A stretch of DNA of 64,000 bases from assembly GCA_010093815.1 (NCBI GenBank), contig ML996571.1. One strand, given 5' to 3'. The notes under the pieces are model-generated. The model did no database searches. It was not told the DNA's origin and was given only the letters and a program-made list of their open reading frames with translations. Origin of the DNA: Pseudovirgaria hyperparasitica. Its lineage: Eukaryota. Position 1 is the stretch's first letter. Each line of letters opens with the position of its first letter. The translations under genes were made by a program, and so were the position numbers. Positions 25,957 to 39,299 of the stretch are shown here, piece after piece.

Positions 25957-28900
25957 ATGCCACCGATCCCATGGAAAGTGAAGGTCACTGTCCACCCTGG
26001 TTCATCGCAGGACGACATTGCAAACGAACCAGACTGGCAGAAGGGTCATCAGCATCGTATTGGCTTTCGAAACCGTCAGGACCGACGACCTGGAATTACG
26101 CACGTGTATGACGGAGCGCATGACGAAGCTGTTGAGGACGCAGTTAAGGACTATCAGAACCTTCTTGACCGCGAAAAAAAGGGACACTTGGTGAATTTTC
26201 GAGATCTCATTGAGAGCCAAAAAGTAAGTAGTCGCGCTTGATAGAAACCGTTGGCCTGAGCTTATCGTCTTCAGGACCTTCACCTGAAGCTACCTGAGAA
26301 CCGTTCGCTTGGGTGGCGATACGTTCTCAACGCTACTGAAGACTGGGTAAAGAATGAGCAACCCTGGCCTGCTAATTTAGAAAGAAAGGAAAAGGAAAAG
26401 GAAAAGGAAAAGGAAGAAGATCAAAAGAAGACCGACGAGCAGAATTCAGAACAGAACCAAACTAGCTCGGATACTGACGGTGAAGCTGAGGAAAATTGGA
26501 AGCGACAGAACGGTGAGGGTAGTAAACATCACGATGCCTACGCCGGAGGACCCGACTCTGGCTATTGTAGTGATAAAAGTGATGACAAAGAGCCAAGTGA
26601 GTATGACAAGCTACGTGAGAAGTACACTGTACAGGAGATCGCCCTGCTTCGATGCCTTCAGCATGAAAAGAACTATATTCAAGCCCTTGGCCAGAACAAT
26701 GGTAAGCGAAGGAGCCCAGTCAACCAGAAGCAAAGGGACATCTCCATAGATGAAGCTGATCAATTTTCACCTGATAATTGGATACCTCGCTCCAATAATC
26801 TAATACGTCAAACCGGAAAACATCCTATGAACGCAGAACCAAACCTTACACATCTATTTGACGCTGGAATCATCACACCAAATGAGCTTCATTACGTAAG
26901 GAATCATGGTGCCGTCCCACACATCCTGTGGGAATTTCATGAGCTTGAAGTGGAAAATGGGAAGCTCAACCTTTCTATGGATGACCTCAAGAGGAAATTC
27001 GACACAATCAACATACCTGTCAGCCTGGCATGCGACGGAAATCGAAGAGGTGAAATGAACCTGATAAGACGATCGAAAGGCTTCGATTGGGGTGCTGGCG
27101 CAGTCAGTTGTGCGTACTGGAAAGGACCACTAGTAAGGGATGTACTGCTAGCAGCGGGCGTGGATGAAAATGCCATCAAAGAAACCGGTAAGAGATACTG
27201 GGTCAATTTCGAAGGTGCCGACGAACCAAGCGAGGGAAAGTATGCAACCTGTATACCTTTCGACTATGCAATGAATGTGAGTAATGACGTTATACTGGCT
27301 ATGGAGATGAACGACGTTCCATTACCACCAGACCATGGTTATCCTGTCCGTCTCATGATTCCTGGATACGTGGGAGGCAGATGCGTAAAGTGGCTGAAAC
27401 GGATCTGGGTCAGTGAAAAGGAGAACGATTCGCATTACCATATCTGGGACAACAGGGTTCTACCAGCTTTCGTTACCGAAAAAGACGGAGATTTTGCAAC
27501 TGCGCTGTTCAACCATCCCGATACCGCATGCAATGAGCAAAATTTGAATTCCGCGATCGTACGACCTGCTCACGGGGAAGCGATACCTTTGACGCATGCT
27601 AAGAGGGGCAAGACCTACCGCATAGAAGGATACGCATATGACGGAGGCGGCCATGAGGTGCAACGAGTAGAGATATCTCTTGATAATGGGGACACTTGGT
27701 TGTACTGTATACGCAAGTTTCCTGATGCTCCCATTCGGCATGGCAACAAGTTCTGGTGCTGGCTACATTGGCACGTTGACATCGAGATGACCCATCTTCT
27801 GCAAGCAAGAAGCATCACTGTTCGTTGCTTCAATGTGTTTAAAAATACGCAGCCGGAAAAGCCACAATGGAACACAATGGGCATGATGAATAATGGCTAC
27901 TACATTGTCAAGCCTGAAATTGTCGACCAAAAAGACGGCGACGTCCCTACAATCCTGTTCCGCCACCCAGTTGATCCATCTGGTAAAGGAGGCTGGATGA
28001 AACCAAGTGTCGAGAATCAAGTCGCAACTGCAAGACAAGATGCCGGTGCACCGCAAAATCAGTTTACAAGAGAGGAAATAGAAAAGCATGACAATGAACG
28101 GAGTTGTTGGCTTGTAGTGGATAATAAAGTATATGATGCCACTAGCGTGCTCTCATGGCATCCAGGAGGCAAAGCAGCAATCCTTGGACATGCCGGGAAA
28201 GTCCATCAAGACACGACTGATGAGTTTTCGAGTGTGCACGACGACTACGCTTACCAAAAGCTCAAAGGTCTGCCCTTGTTCTCTCCAAGCTTTGGGCTAT
28301 GACTGACACGCATCAGAATGTATCCTCGGGACAGTAACGGATAAAGCCAAAAACTTTATCAAAGCAGACGCCGAAGCCAGAGCCAAAGAGCTCGCCTCAG
28401 CATCTGAAGGCTCAAAAACCATCACACTCCAGAAACACCGATGGGTTTCAGTCAAGCTCGTCAACCGTAAATCACTCTCCGAAGATACCCGTACATACAC
28501 CTTTCAACTACCATCAGGCAAACCCGAACTAGGTCTTGGAACATGCCAACATGTCCAACTCGGCTTCCATCTCAAAGACCGCATGCTAATCCGTTCATAT
28601 ACCCCAACACGCCCAACACTCCCATCTATCTCCGATGCCACTTCACCTTCAACTCACGAACCCTTCGACCCGCACGATGGCGCCGGCACCTTTGATCTCG
28701 CCATAAAAACCTACTTCCCCACTTCCCAACAACCCGGCGGTGCCATGAGCAATATCCTGGACTGCTTGCCGCTGGGCTCCGAAATCGAGATCCGCGGACC
28801 GACTGGCGAAATCATATACAATGGATCTTCCAGATTCACGATTTCCGCCCAAGAATACACTTTCACCAAAGTGAACCTAATTCTCGGCGGCAGCGGTATA

Positions 28901-29257
28901 ACACCTGGTTATGCGCTGCTCGCTCGTATCTTGCAATCTGCAGATGACGAGACACAGCTTAGGGTCGTCGATGCGAATAAGAGCGAGACGGATATACTGC
29001 TGCGCGAGGAGATGGACGCGTTTGTGGAGAAAGGCAAGGGCAGGTTGAAGGTCGTGCATGTACTGAGTCATCCGAGCGAGAGCTGGAATGGGATCAAGGG
29101 ACATGTTGATGAGAATGTGATTCGGGAGAATCTGTTTGAGCCGAAGGAGGGCACAGTGAGTCTACTGTGTGGGCCACCGGCCATGATTCAGAAGGCAGCA
29201 TTACCTGCGTTGAGGAAATGGGGTTTTGTAGAGGATGAGAATGTTTTCGGTTTCTAA
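25957..29257 (+). CDS. Nitrate reductase-like molybdo-flavo-haem enzyme (Mo domain + cytochrome b5 + FAD/NAD reductase) with long N-terminal extension
   Basis: Exons 25957-26223, 26275-28267 and 28317-29257. Motifs TGKHPMNAEP, HYVRNHG, LACDGNRR, DHGYPVR, GGRCVKWL, GMMNN, b5 HPGG, RSYTP, GGSGITPG and LCGPP. Confidence 0.9.
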
Positions 29258-29599
29258 AGGTGGCGAGTGGGTGGGTAACACAGTTAAGGTCAAATTATCC
29301 ATCAAGTATCGTCAAGTCTTCTGTTATCGCGCGCAGAACCTACTGCCCAGATTCTAGTTCCATATCATGATCTTGTAATCATTTTTCAGCCGGGCTTGTG
29401 GAAGAGTTCGATAGCACTTGCTACATACTCAAGTTTCAAAGCATGAAGCTGTGGCTAGGCACATCGTCTGTAATGAAACAGCCCTTCTGTTACACTCTGC
29501 TCCTTAGCTCTTGTAGCAAACGAAAGAGGAGAGATTCAATTCAGGAGAGACTTCATACAGCGAATTGTATCTCCATAGCATAGTCTTCGTAGCCCAAAA

Positions 29600-30340
29600 G
29601 ATTACCCACAAATTAGAGACATATATCGCAGGATATGATCACGGATATCCATGCATGGCTGACATTATGCAATATGTCTGAGTGTATCTTGACTGTGTTG
29701 CATTCAGATCGGCAGAAACTAATTCGAGGATAGCCTGGAAATGTTCTTTTCTACTCATGTCCAGATGGATCAGGCTGGGTGAATCGACTGAAGAGCCGGG
29801 CAAATACTGATTCCTTACCAATCGACATCTGGGCTCCTCTCACGTTTGCAATTTCCTAAGTGATCCAGAAGCGTCGGAACCAGGCTCTGTCTAAAAGGCT
29901 TACATACGTAGCGATATGATCGAGTCTGATGCCTAGACTCCTGGGATCTGGAATGATCGTCAAGAAATTCTGACAGTGACTGACGCTGCAAAACTACCAG
30001 ACGTTCCATGATAAGAATGGGATCAGGTGTTAACCTTCCCAGTCAAACTATGACCTGATCAGCATTTCTGTTATGTCGTCCTTCCAGCTTGGTGACTCCA
30101 CTCTTTGTAATCATTCTGGTTGATACACCATGCATAAATCTATACAATCTGATCTTCTGTGTCAGAGCGTACATGTCATAAAGCATCATCAAGATTTCCT
30201 GTAATAGGTAGTTCTCGGCTATTGACGACAATCTTGGCTGACCTTTCTAGGCTGTTTCACAGATAGAACAGGGTTTTGCATGCGATTAGCAACCCGGCAT
30301 TAGGTTCGCTCAGGTATGTTTGAAAGATACTGCATCCAAT
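29600..30340 (-). pseudogene. HET-domain (heterokaryon incompatibility, HET-6-like) pseudogene
   Basis: Fragments read LPITGNLDDAL*HVR, IV*IYAWCINQNDYKE, ADQVIV*LG and LLDRAWFRRFWIT*EIA. These match HET motifs (WIDAICINQ.D..E, VIVWLG, WFxRxWIIQE), with stops at W/Q positions and frameshifts. Limits approximate. Confidence 0.75.
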
Positions 30341-30454
30341 CCTGTCATTGCCTCTGCCAGAGTACAACCTCAGCAATCGAAATACGTCGCTGCCGAGGTC
30401 GGACGGAGTGTATTGGTCAGACTTCCTATCAAACAATCAGTTCAATTCTATGCC

Positions 30455-30946
30455 TATATTTGAAGTTAAACTAAAGTACTTTAGTTTACCCTACTATATA
30501 TTTAAACTAAACTATTAGTTCTAGTAGTAGAATTAAAGTTAACTAAGTTAAACTAAAGTTTAGTAGGTAGTTAAAGAATCTCGTAAACATAGTTAAAATA
30601 TCGTATATTTAAGGCTATATAGTCGATTTTCGTATACCTTAGTATATACCTAGGTAGATTTAAGTACTAAATTATCTAAATTTAATAAGAAACTAACTAG
30701 TATACTTTTACGTAAGCTACTAGTCGTAGATAAGACTATAATACTACTAACTTTTTAAATCTTATAGATAGCTAATTAATAGTAGACTTATCTTACTTTA
30801 TTATAGTATAATTATATCTTCTACCTTACTAAATATATATTTATTATTATAGCTTAAAGCTAGTATAGAGAGTATATTAATCGCGAGTTTATAAAGGTAA
30901 GGAAACTTATCCTTTCTATCTAGCTACTACTAGATTAGACTATCTA
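30455..30946 (-). mobile_element. hAT transposon relic, 3' part (dimerisation domain); continues at 58373-~58932
   Basis: Joined across the A1 insertion, the minus strand reads DSLI***LDRKDKFPYLYKLAINILSILALSYNNKYIFSKVEDII. This is the RIP form of the hAT C-terminal motif (WW...FP.L..LAIDILSIPASS...E..FS). Confidence 0.7.
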
Positions 30947-33900
30947 TGTAAGAATAGGGTTATTGGATAGTAGTATAGTTAGATAGAATAATGGGGTGTA
31001 TTCTATTATAGAACGAATTACTACCGAACCCTTTCGGTAGGAATCTAAGAGTATATATATAAAGGGACGCCGATCTATCTAGTACGTGACTATTTACCGC
31101 CCTTTACGTTACCTTCTAACCCTATTAGCTAAGGTACGTGTAGGTTAGGTTCTATCTAAGGCTAAGTTCTAATAATTATCCCTTCCCTCTAGGAAGCTAC
31201 CCTTAGTAACCTAGATTATTACCTATTTCTATATCCCTATTCTAAGTCTCGTAAGACCTTAGTCGTTCTCTACGCTTCGTCTTAGATACTTACTAATATT
31301 TACCGATCTAAGATTTATATAAGTATTTTTCTAATAAACTAGATTTTATCTATCTTAACTTCTTATATAGGTGAGATTACCTAATTAGGCCTAGCATATC
31401 ACGTAATATAATTAGGTAAGCCCGGGTACTACCTATATTAAAATCTTTTCTTAGAAATATTCCTTTCTTTAAAAAACTTCTTAACTCTTTATAGAGTTTT
31501 TTAGATTATTAGATATATCACCCGATCCTTATAGATATAGATTTATATAGATTTACTATAATTTAGTACGATTTACGTAATTTACTAATTTTTATACCAT
31601 CCTTAGCTAGTAATAATATAATTCGTAATAATCCGTATAAATTAATAATAATCTTAATATAGTTTCCCGAAATCTCGACGCTCTAAAGTAATCGACGCGG
31701 AAATAGGCGCCTTCGAATAATCTCTATCTTATATACGTTACTAATATATTAAAAGCTATTAATCTACCCCGACCTAGGCCGGGCTCTAATAATCTAGCTA
31801 TATATTATTATAGTTATCGCTTTCTATTGTATATAACTTACGGCGGTACTAAATCTATAATATACGGTACTTATATGACTAAGAAGCGTTATTACTTATA
31901 GGTATTTAAGTAAGTTTAAAGAACTTTATATAGATTTACTTATATTAGTATAGATTACTACTAGGCCTCTAGTAACCTCTACTAATAAGGAGTATAGTAC
32001 TACTAATCGTAACGCCTTAGAGAAGGCTTTCTACGAGCTATATACCTAAGGTAAGGGTTACGCCTAGGAGTACGATTCTAATAAGATCCGTAAGGATTTA
32101 TTAGAATCTACTATAGTTATTATTACTGCGATTACTAGATAATATCGTTTTTCTTAAATCGTTATAGATTCTTACTAATATATATTAATCTCTATAATAG
32201 TGCTAAAATCTCTACTACTTCGGACTTCTTTCTATATACTAGTAATATTAGAATTCCTAGAAAAGGTTCTAGTAAAAAGGCTAAGGTTCCTTCCTTACGC
32301 GTGCTAAAGAGCCGTAAATTTAGGGAAGATGGCTCTAATCTAGAAGTTTCTATACTAAAGGTATATGGTTCTATACTAATCGTTAAATCTTTTCGCTAAT
32401 TTATATAATTCTTAGCGTGCCCGCGCCGGTCCGTCCCTCTCTATCCCGGGTTCTACCGCTCCGTAGGTTTCTATAGAGGAGTTTATAGCTATAAGGCACG
32501 CTATATAGAATTTATAGCGTCGGAACGAAAGGCTAGAGACTTATATTATAAAGCTCTATACTATGCTAAATAAGAACTAGTAGAAGGAATTAGATATAAC
32601 TATCGCGGTAATTAGTACTTCTACTCCTACTCCGACTTAATTAGTTTAGATCTATACTAATCGGTACTAATATATCTCTTTTATCTAGCGTTTTTAGTTT
32701 TTTAGTTTTAATTTTAAAGTAATCTTACTTCTTCTAGATAGATTAGTACGAGTTTATATAGATCTATATAGATCTTTATATTTTCTTTTAGCTTTCTTAA
32801 TTTTATCTTTCTTTAATAATAACTTCTTTAATCTCTTTAGTAATCTATACCGATCTATACTAATTGGCATCGATTTTCGATATCTATTTCTCTTAGTGAA
32901 TTATTTTTCTAAGTCTCTTTTTTAGTTAAATTTTTAAAGTTCTAAGTTCGAACTTTCTAAGGAAGTTCCTTAATTCCTTAGAATATTTTAAAGATCTATA
33001 TCTCTTTCACCTTCTTCCTTTTAGGCGGCCATCCTTAGCGCCGAACTATACTAAAAAATGTCGAATCGCCGTACTTTAGTATAATTCTCTACGATTCTAC
33101 GGCTTCCTTTACTAATCGCTACTTATATACTAATATCGCTACTTTACTAATATTTATTATAGGTTCCTAAGTATCTTCGTTAGGATTATATCCTTTCTAA
33201 TAAATTTTATATAGCCACGTGCTATCTTCGGCGCGTTACTAGCTAAGTATCTACTTAACTTCGTAGATATCTATACCTTCTTATATAACTACTTTATATA
33301 GTATCTATTCGGAATAATCCGGTAATAATAAGGTATAAAATGGCTCGAGAAGCGTAATATAGAATATATTATATATCTTTAACGTAGGAGGGAGTTATAA
33401 CTCGTACGCCTGGTTATTAATTATATAAGTAATCTTATATAGACCTATCATCGTATAGTTAAGCTTTTTCTTTAGCCTAATACTACGAATATTCTTACTA
33501 TTTAGTAAAACTTTATCCCTAATATTAAAGCTTATAGGTTTTCTACCCTTATTATAGTGCGATTTACTATAATTCATAGTATCTTATAGTAACTTTATAA
33601 CGCTTCTTTACGTTTAGAATAGTTCTATAGTAATTTCTATTACTTTAACGTTAGGTCGTTCTACTTTAAACTAAGTCCCTAAGAACTATATATTATGGTT
33701 CTAACCGAAGTTTACTTCGAACGAACTCACGTAGGTTAATATATATTAGCTATTATTATACGCGAATTCCGCGATATAGACTAACCTTACCTAGTTATCC
33801 TACTTATAGTTATAATATACGCGTAAATACGCCTTAACTATCTAATTCTACCACTCTATCTATCTATCTATTTATAGATAGAACGTAGTACTAAGTTTCT

Positions 33901-36900
33901 ACTTAATTCCTAGCGTATAGTAGAAATCCTTCTAAAATTTAGACGTTATCTACGGATCTCTATCCGAAACTATGCCGTTCGGTATACTATAGAGCCGGAC
34001 TACGTCACGGAGTAGTATATCTATAAGATCCGGTGCTTAGATTATCTTCCTTATAGGGATGTAGTATAATATCTTTATAAATCTATCTAGAACTATAAGT
34101 AAACTATTATAAATGTGCCTAGAACACTTACTTAGGGGTAGATCTATAATAAAATCCATCGATAATTCCTTCCATGCCTCCTTTAGTATAGGTAATGGCC
34201 TTAATTCACTATATGGCAAGTGTCTATATACTTTCGTATGCTAGTAAATGTTAGGACTTAGCCTTAGGTAGGACCCGATCTACACGTACCTTAGCTAACA
34301 GGGTTAGGAGGTGACGTAAAGGGCGGTGAATAGTCACGTGCTAGATAGATCGGCGTCCCTTTATATATATACTCTCGGATTCCTACCAAAAGGGTTCGGT
34401 AGTAATTCGTTCTATAATAGAATATACCCTATTATTCTATCTAACTATACTACTATCTAATAACCCTATTCTTATATTCGAATTACTCCCTATATAGTAC
34501 TATAGTTAAGATAGTCTAACTAGAACCGAGAAGGTCGACACGATCTACTATAGGGATAAGTAATACTATATTAAATAATAGGGATCCTCTATAATCGGTA
34601 TTAATCCCGGCCGTTTCTAACTAAGAAGTAGAAATATTAGACCGAATCACGGAGCTTTTAGACGAAGAAATGGTAGATACGCCGAGTAACTTCTAATAAT
34701 ATAAAGCCGGATAACGAGTCGTGGCGGAGCCACGTAAGGTATTATAATAAACTATCGCTGAACTTTAGGAATACGTCGCGAATTAGGCTCGAGAGATTTA
34801 AACCCTTAAAGAATAGGTAGAACGCGCGAAACTCCTTATAAAGAGACGAGAACTTAAGGAGTCTCTTAAAGAACTACGCCGAACGATAGTAGGTGGACGA
34901 CTTCCTATACTAATTTAGGCGGAATTAGTTTACCTACCATTAGAGTTACGATAATCTACCGTATACCCGGCCGCTTCGTTACCGATTTACCCTATTCCTT
35001 CCCTAGGTATACTAAAATCTAAAGACCTAACTATATTTATAGGGAAGAACTAAAAGGAGTAGAAAGACTAGAAGAGAGACTACGAAAAGTACTTCCTTAA
35101 TAACCCTCTACTCTTTTCTACTAAAGTATAACGCATTTCGTTCGGAGAACGATACCTAGACTTATAATCCCGCGATTAATAGAATAGATAGAAGGAAGTG
35201 CAGCTACTATCTACGATAACCTAGGAATATTTAGCTATATTTATACTAAATACCCTCGGAACGGATAGAGAACGTGAAAGAAAGGCACTATCTAAGTTAA
35301 GAAGCGTGGTATAACGACCGAACTAGACACCTACTTAACTACTATAATACCTCTAAAACCTATAGGATAATATCCCTACGCTATAGGAAAATATTCGCAT
35401 ATTCTAGTTTCGCGAAGTACTACTTCCGTTAATTCGCGAAAGACTAGGAATAGTATTATTAAGTTTTAACTATCTATACGAATTAGAGGAGAAAGCTAAT
35501 AAATACTACCGTATCCTTAAGGAACGCGGCTCTCTAGGTAAAACCGACGAACCCTATATAGGTTAGAAACGAGGTCGATTAAATACGTTCGATTAAGAGT
35601 AACCTTACTATAATTAGCGCTAGAAGAGTGTAAATCGGGGTAGAAACGCGTTAAGAGGACACTAAAATAATTAAGGCGGTGCTTCTTAACACGGAAAAGG
35701 ATAAGGCACGGGCTTAAATATAACGCCTATTATAAAATAGTAGGATTATAGCGCACTTCGTTACTATAAGTATAGAGAAATAGGATATATTTCGCCTAAC
35801 TATAAGAATCCGAAAAAAGAATAGACTAGTACACGAGACCTAACCGCGTCCTTAGCTAAATTATATATACTTAGGAGGAGCTATAGCGCCTTCCGGCGAG
35901 TAAAGACCTAATATTACTAAAAGTATCGTTATCTATAGTAAATAGTAATAAAACTATATAGGCCCTCGTGGATACTAGTATAGAAGATAACTATATTTCG
36001 TCGATTCTCGTAAAGGAGTATAGATTATCGTATAATCTCGGTAAAGTTAGCCGAACTATCGTAGTTAATAGATATGAAGTTAGAACTTTAGGTAAAGCTA
36101 TAACGAATTACGAAGTTCATGACTTAAAGATAATAAAATAGTAGATGTCTAATAAATTTATCGTGGCTAATATTAGCTAATAGAATATGATTCTAGGGAT
36201 GCCTTAGCTTAGACGCCTAAACCCTATCCTCGATTTTTAGAAGGAGATATTAATATTCTAACGATACCATAGTAAATTATACTAGTAAGTCGTAACTATT
36301 AGTAAGGAGGCATAGAACCTCGCCGTGCGGACCCGATTATCGCTAATCTATCTTATATTCTTATTAATTATTAATAAAGACGAGGACGATAGTAATAATC
36401 AGGGCGAAGACACGCTATCTAACGTATATTCGTAGTATACGGATATGTTTTCGGTAGAAGATACGTTACTTCTCCCTAATCACGGGCTATATAAGCTAAA
36501 GATCGAGCTCGAAGAGGGAGTAGACGTCCCTTATAGTCTACTTTACCTACTTTCGAGACTAGAACTTAAAGTTCTTTATAAATATATTAAAGAATACCTC
36601 GAAAGGGGCTAGATACGTCGTAGTACGTTATCGGCCGGTATACCTATTCTCTTCGTAAAGAAGAAAGATAGAAGTTTACGTCTATGCGTTAACTATTAGG
36701 CACTAAATATAGTGACTAAGAAGAATCGTTATCTATTACTACTAGTTAGTAAATCTTTAGACTAATTAATGAAGGTAAAGTACTTTACGAAGCTAGATTT
36801 ATAAGATATATATTACCGGCTTTAAATTCGTTACGGAGATAAGTGGAAAACCGCATTTCGGACTAGATATAGTTATTTTAAGTATACTATTATGCTATTC

Positions 36901-39299
36901 GGGCTAATAAATACGCTAGGAGCGTTTTAAGGATATATTAATACTATACTCGTAGGATTACTTAACGTGATTTACGTAGTTTATCTCGATAATATACTAA
37001 TTTACTCCGATAGTATATAGGATTATAAAGAACACGTGAAATCGGTGCTAAATCGTCTAAGGTAGTATAAACTCTACGCAAAATTATCTAAATACGAGTT
37101 TTACTAATAAGAAGTTGGGTTTCTTGGCTTTATTATAATATATGGCGGCCTAAAAATAGAGCCGGAGCGTATAAAGACTATTATAGAATAGCCAGAACCT
37201 ACTACTATACGTTAAATTAGAATATTTATAGGTTTCGTGAACTATTATTATAAATTCATTATAGGCTTCTTACGAATTACGGCGCCGCTTAATAAACTTA
37301 TAGAGAATGGCGGTAAAATCCCTATAGGTGGGCGAGTATAGCGTAAAGCTAAGTTGGTCGAGATATAGTTAACGCCGGAAGCGCGAGATACGTTCCGATT
37401 GTTAAAGAATTACTTTATAACTACGCTAATTCTTAGGTATTTTAATTCTAAGAAGTATATTTAGGTCGAAACTAACGCGTTAGGATTTATAATTACTAGA
37501 ATTATTAGTTAACCGTATAAAGATACGAAAGATAAGGTATAATAGTACCCGGTCGCTTTCTTTTCCTATAAAATAGCGGATATAGAGACGTGTTATAATA
37601 TACACGACTAGGAACTACTTATAATCGTCGAGAGTTTTAAGTAATAGCGATATTATTTAGAAGGCTCTATATATTAGATTAAATTATTATCGGATCACGT
37701 AAATCTACGTTACTTTATATCGACTAAGGTCCTTAATCGCCGATAAGTACGTTAGGCTAAGTAGATATTAATATTTAACTTTAAAATCTTATATAAAGCT
37801 AGAAGAGAGAATAAAGCTAATCCTCTATCGCGGTGTAAAGATTATAAGAAATCGTTATAGAATAACGTAGATAGTCGGTATAAGTTAGACTATACTATAC
37901 TTTAGATACTATAAGACTAGTTATCTAATAGAATACTAGAAGCTAGGACACTTTCGGCGATTCTCCGCGGGAATTAGAGCGGGTATTAAGTAATCTAAAT
38001 AAACATCTAAGAAACTAAGAAAACCCTTAAAGACTTAATTAAATCTACCTAGAATTCCGATATATTAGTAAAGAAAGTTATAAGTATAAAAGGAAGCGCT
38101 ATAGATCCGCTATGGTTATTAAGGTAGGAACGATGATTAGACGCGATCTACTTCTAAGGCCGACTCTATATGCCGGAAGGCGGCTTACGAATTAATATTT
38201 TAAGGGAATAGTATAATTACGCGTTAGTAGGGCACTTCGGTATTATAAGGACGGTCGATTTAATCCGAAGGACATACGACTAGCCGGGTCTTTATAAATA
38301 TATAAAAGACTACGTAAAAACGTATAACGTTTGCCAGCATATGAAAGTACATAGACACTTACCATATAGTAAATTAAGGCCATTACCTATGCTAAAGAAG
38401 GCATGGAAGGAATTATCGATAGATTTCATTATAGATCTGCCCCTAAGTAAGTATTCTAGGTATATTTATAATAGTTTACTTATAGTTCTAGATAGATTTA
38501 TAAAGATATTATACTATATCCCTATAAGGAAGACGATCTAAGCACTAGATCTTATAGATATACTACTCCGTGACGTAGTCCGGCTCTATAGTATACCGAA
38601 CGGCATAGTTTCGGATAGAGGTCCGTAGATAACGTCTAAATTTTAGAAGGATTTCTACTATACGCTAGGAATTAAGCGGAAACTTAGTACTACGTTCCAC
38701 CTATAAATAGATAGATAGATAGAGCGGTAGAATTAGATAGTCGAGGCGTATTTACGCGCATATTATAACTATAAGTAGGATAACTAGGTAAGGTTAGTCT
38801 ATATCGCGGAATTCGCGTATAATAATAGCCGATATACGTTAACCCACGTAAGTCTATTTAAAGTAAACTTTAGTCGGAACTATAATATATAGTTCTTAGG
38901 GACTTAGTTTAAAGTAGAACGACCTAATGTTAAAGTAATAGAAATTACTATAGAACTATTCTAAACGTAAAGAAGCGTTATAAAGTTACTATAAGATACT
39001 ACGAATTATAGTAAATCGTACTATAATAAGGGTAGAAAACCCATAATCTTTAATGTTAGGGATAAAGTTTTACTAAATAGTAAGAATATTCGTAGTATTA
39101 GGCTAAAGAAGAAGCTTAACTATGTTAAGGATAGAGATGTCAAGTCTTGGTCAAGTATTGAATTGATTACTAGCTACTTCATGGAATCTACGGCTATGTA
39201 TATGGGACTGCTAGTCCGTGGTTCTTGCCGTTATCCATCTCCTTGTTACTTTCCGTGACAGCTACCCCTAACAGCTCGAAACGATAAATGTAAAAGTCC

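Noticed and set aside
30460..30560. Short repeats (agttaaactaaag) as a CRISPR-like or telomeric array
   Set aside because: Eukaryotic context, irregular spacing and no TTAGGG array; better explained as hAT subterminal repeats.
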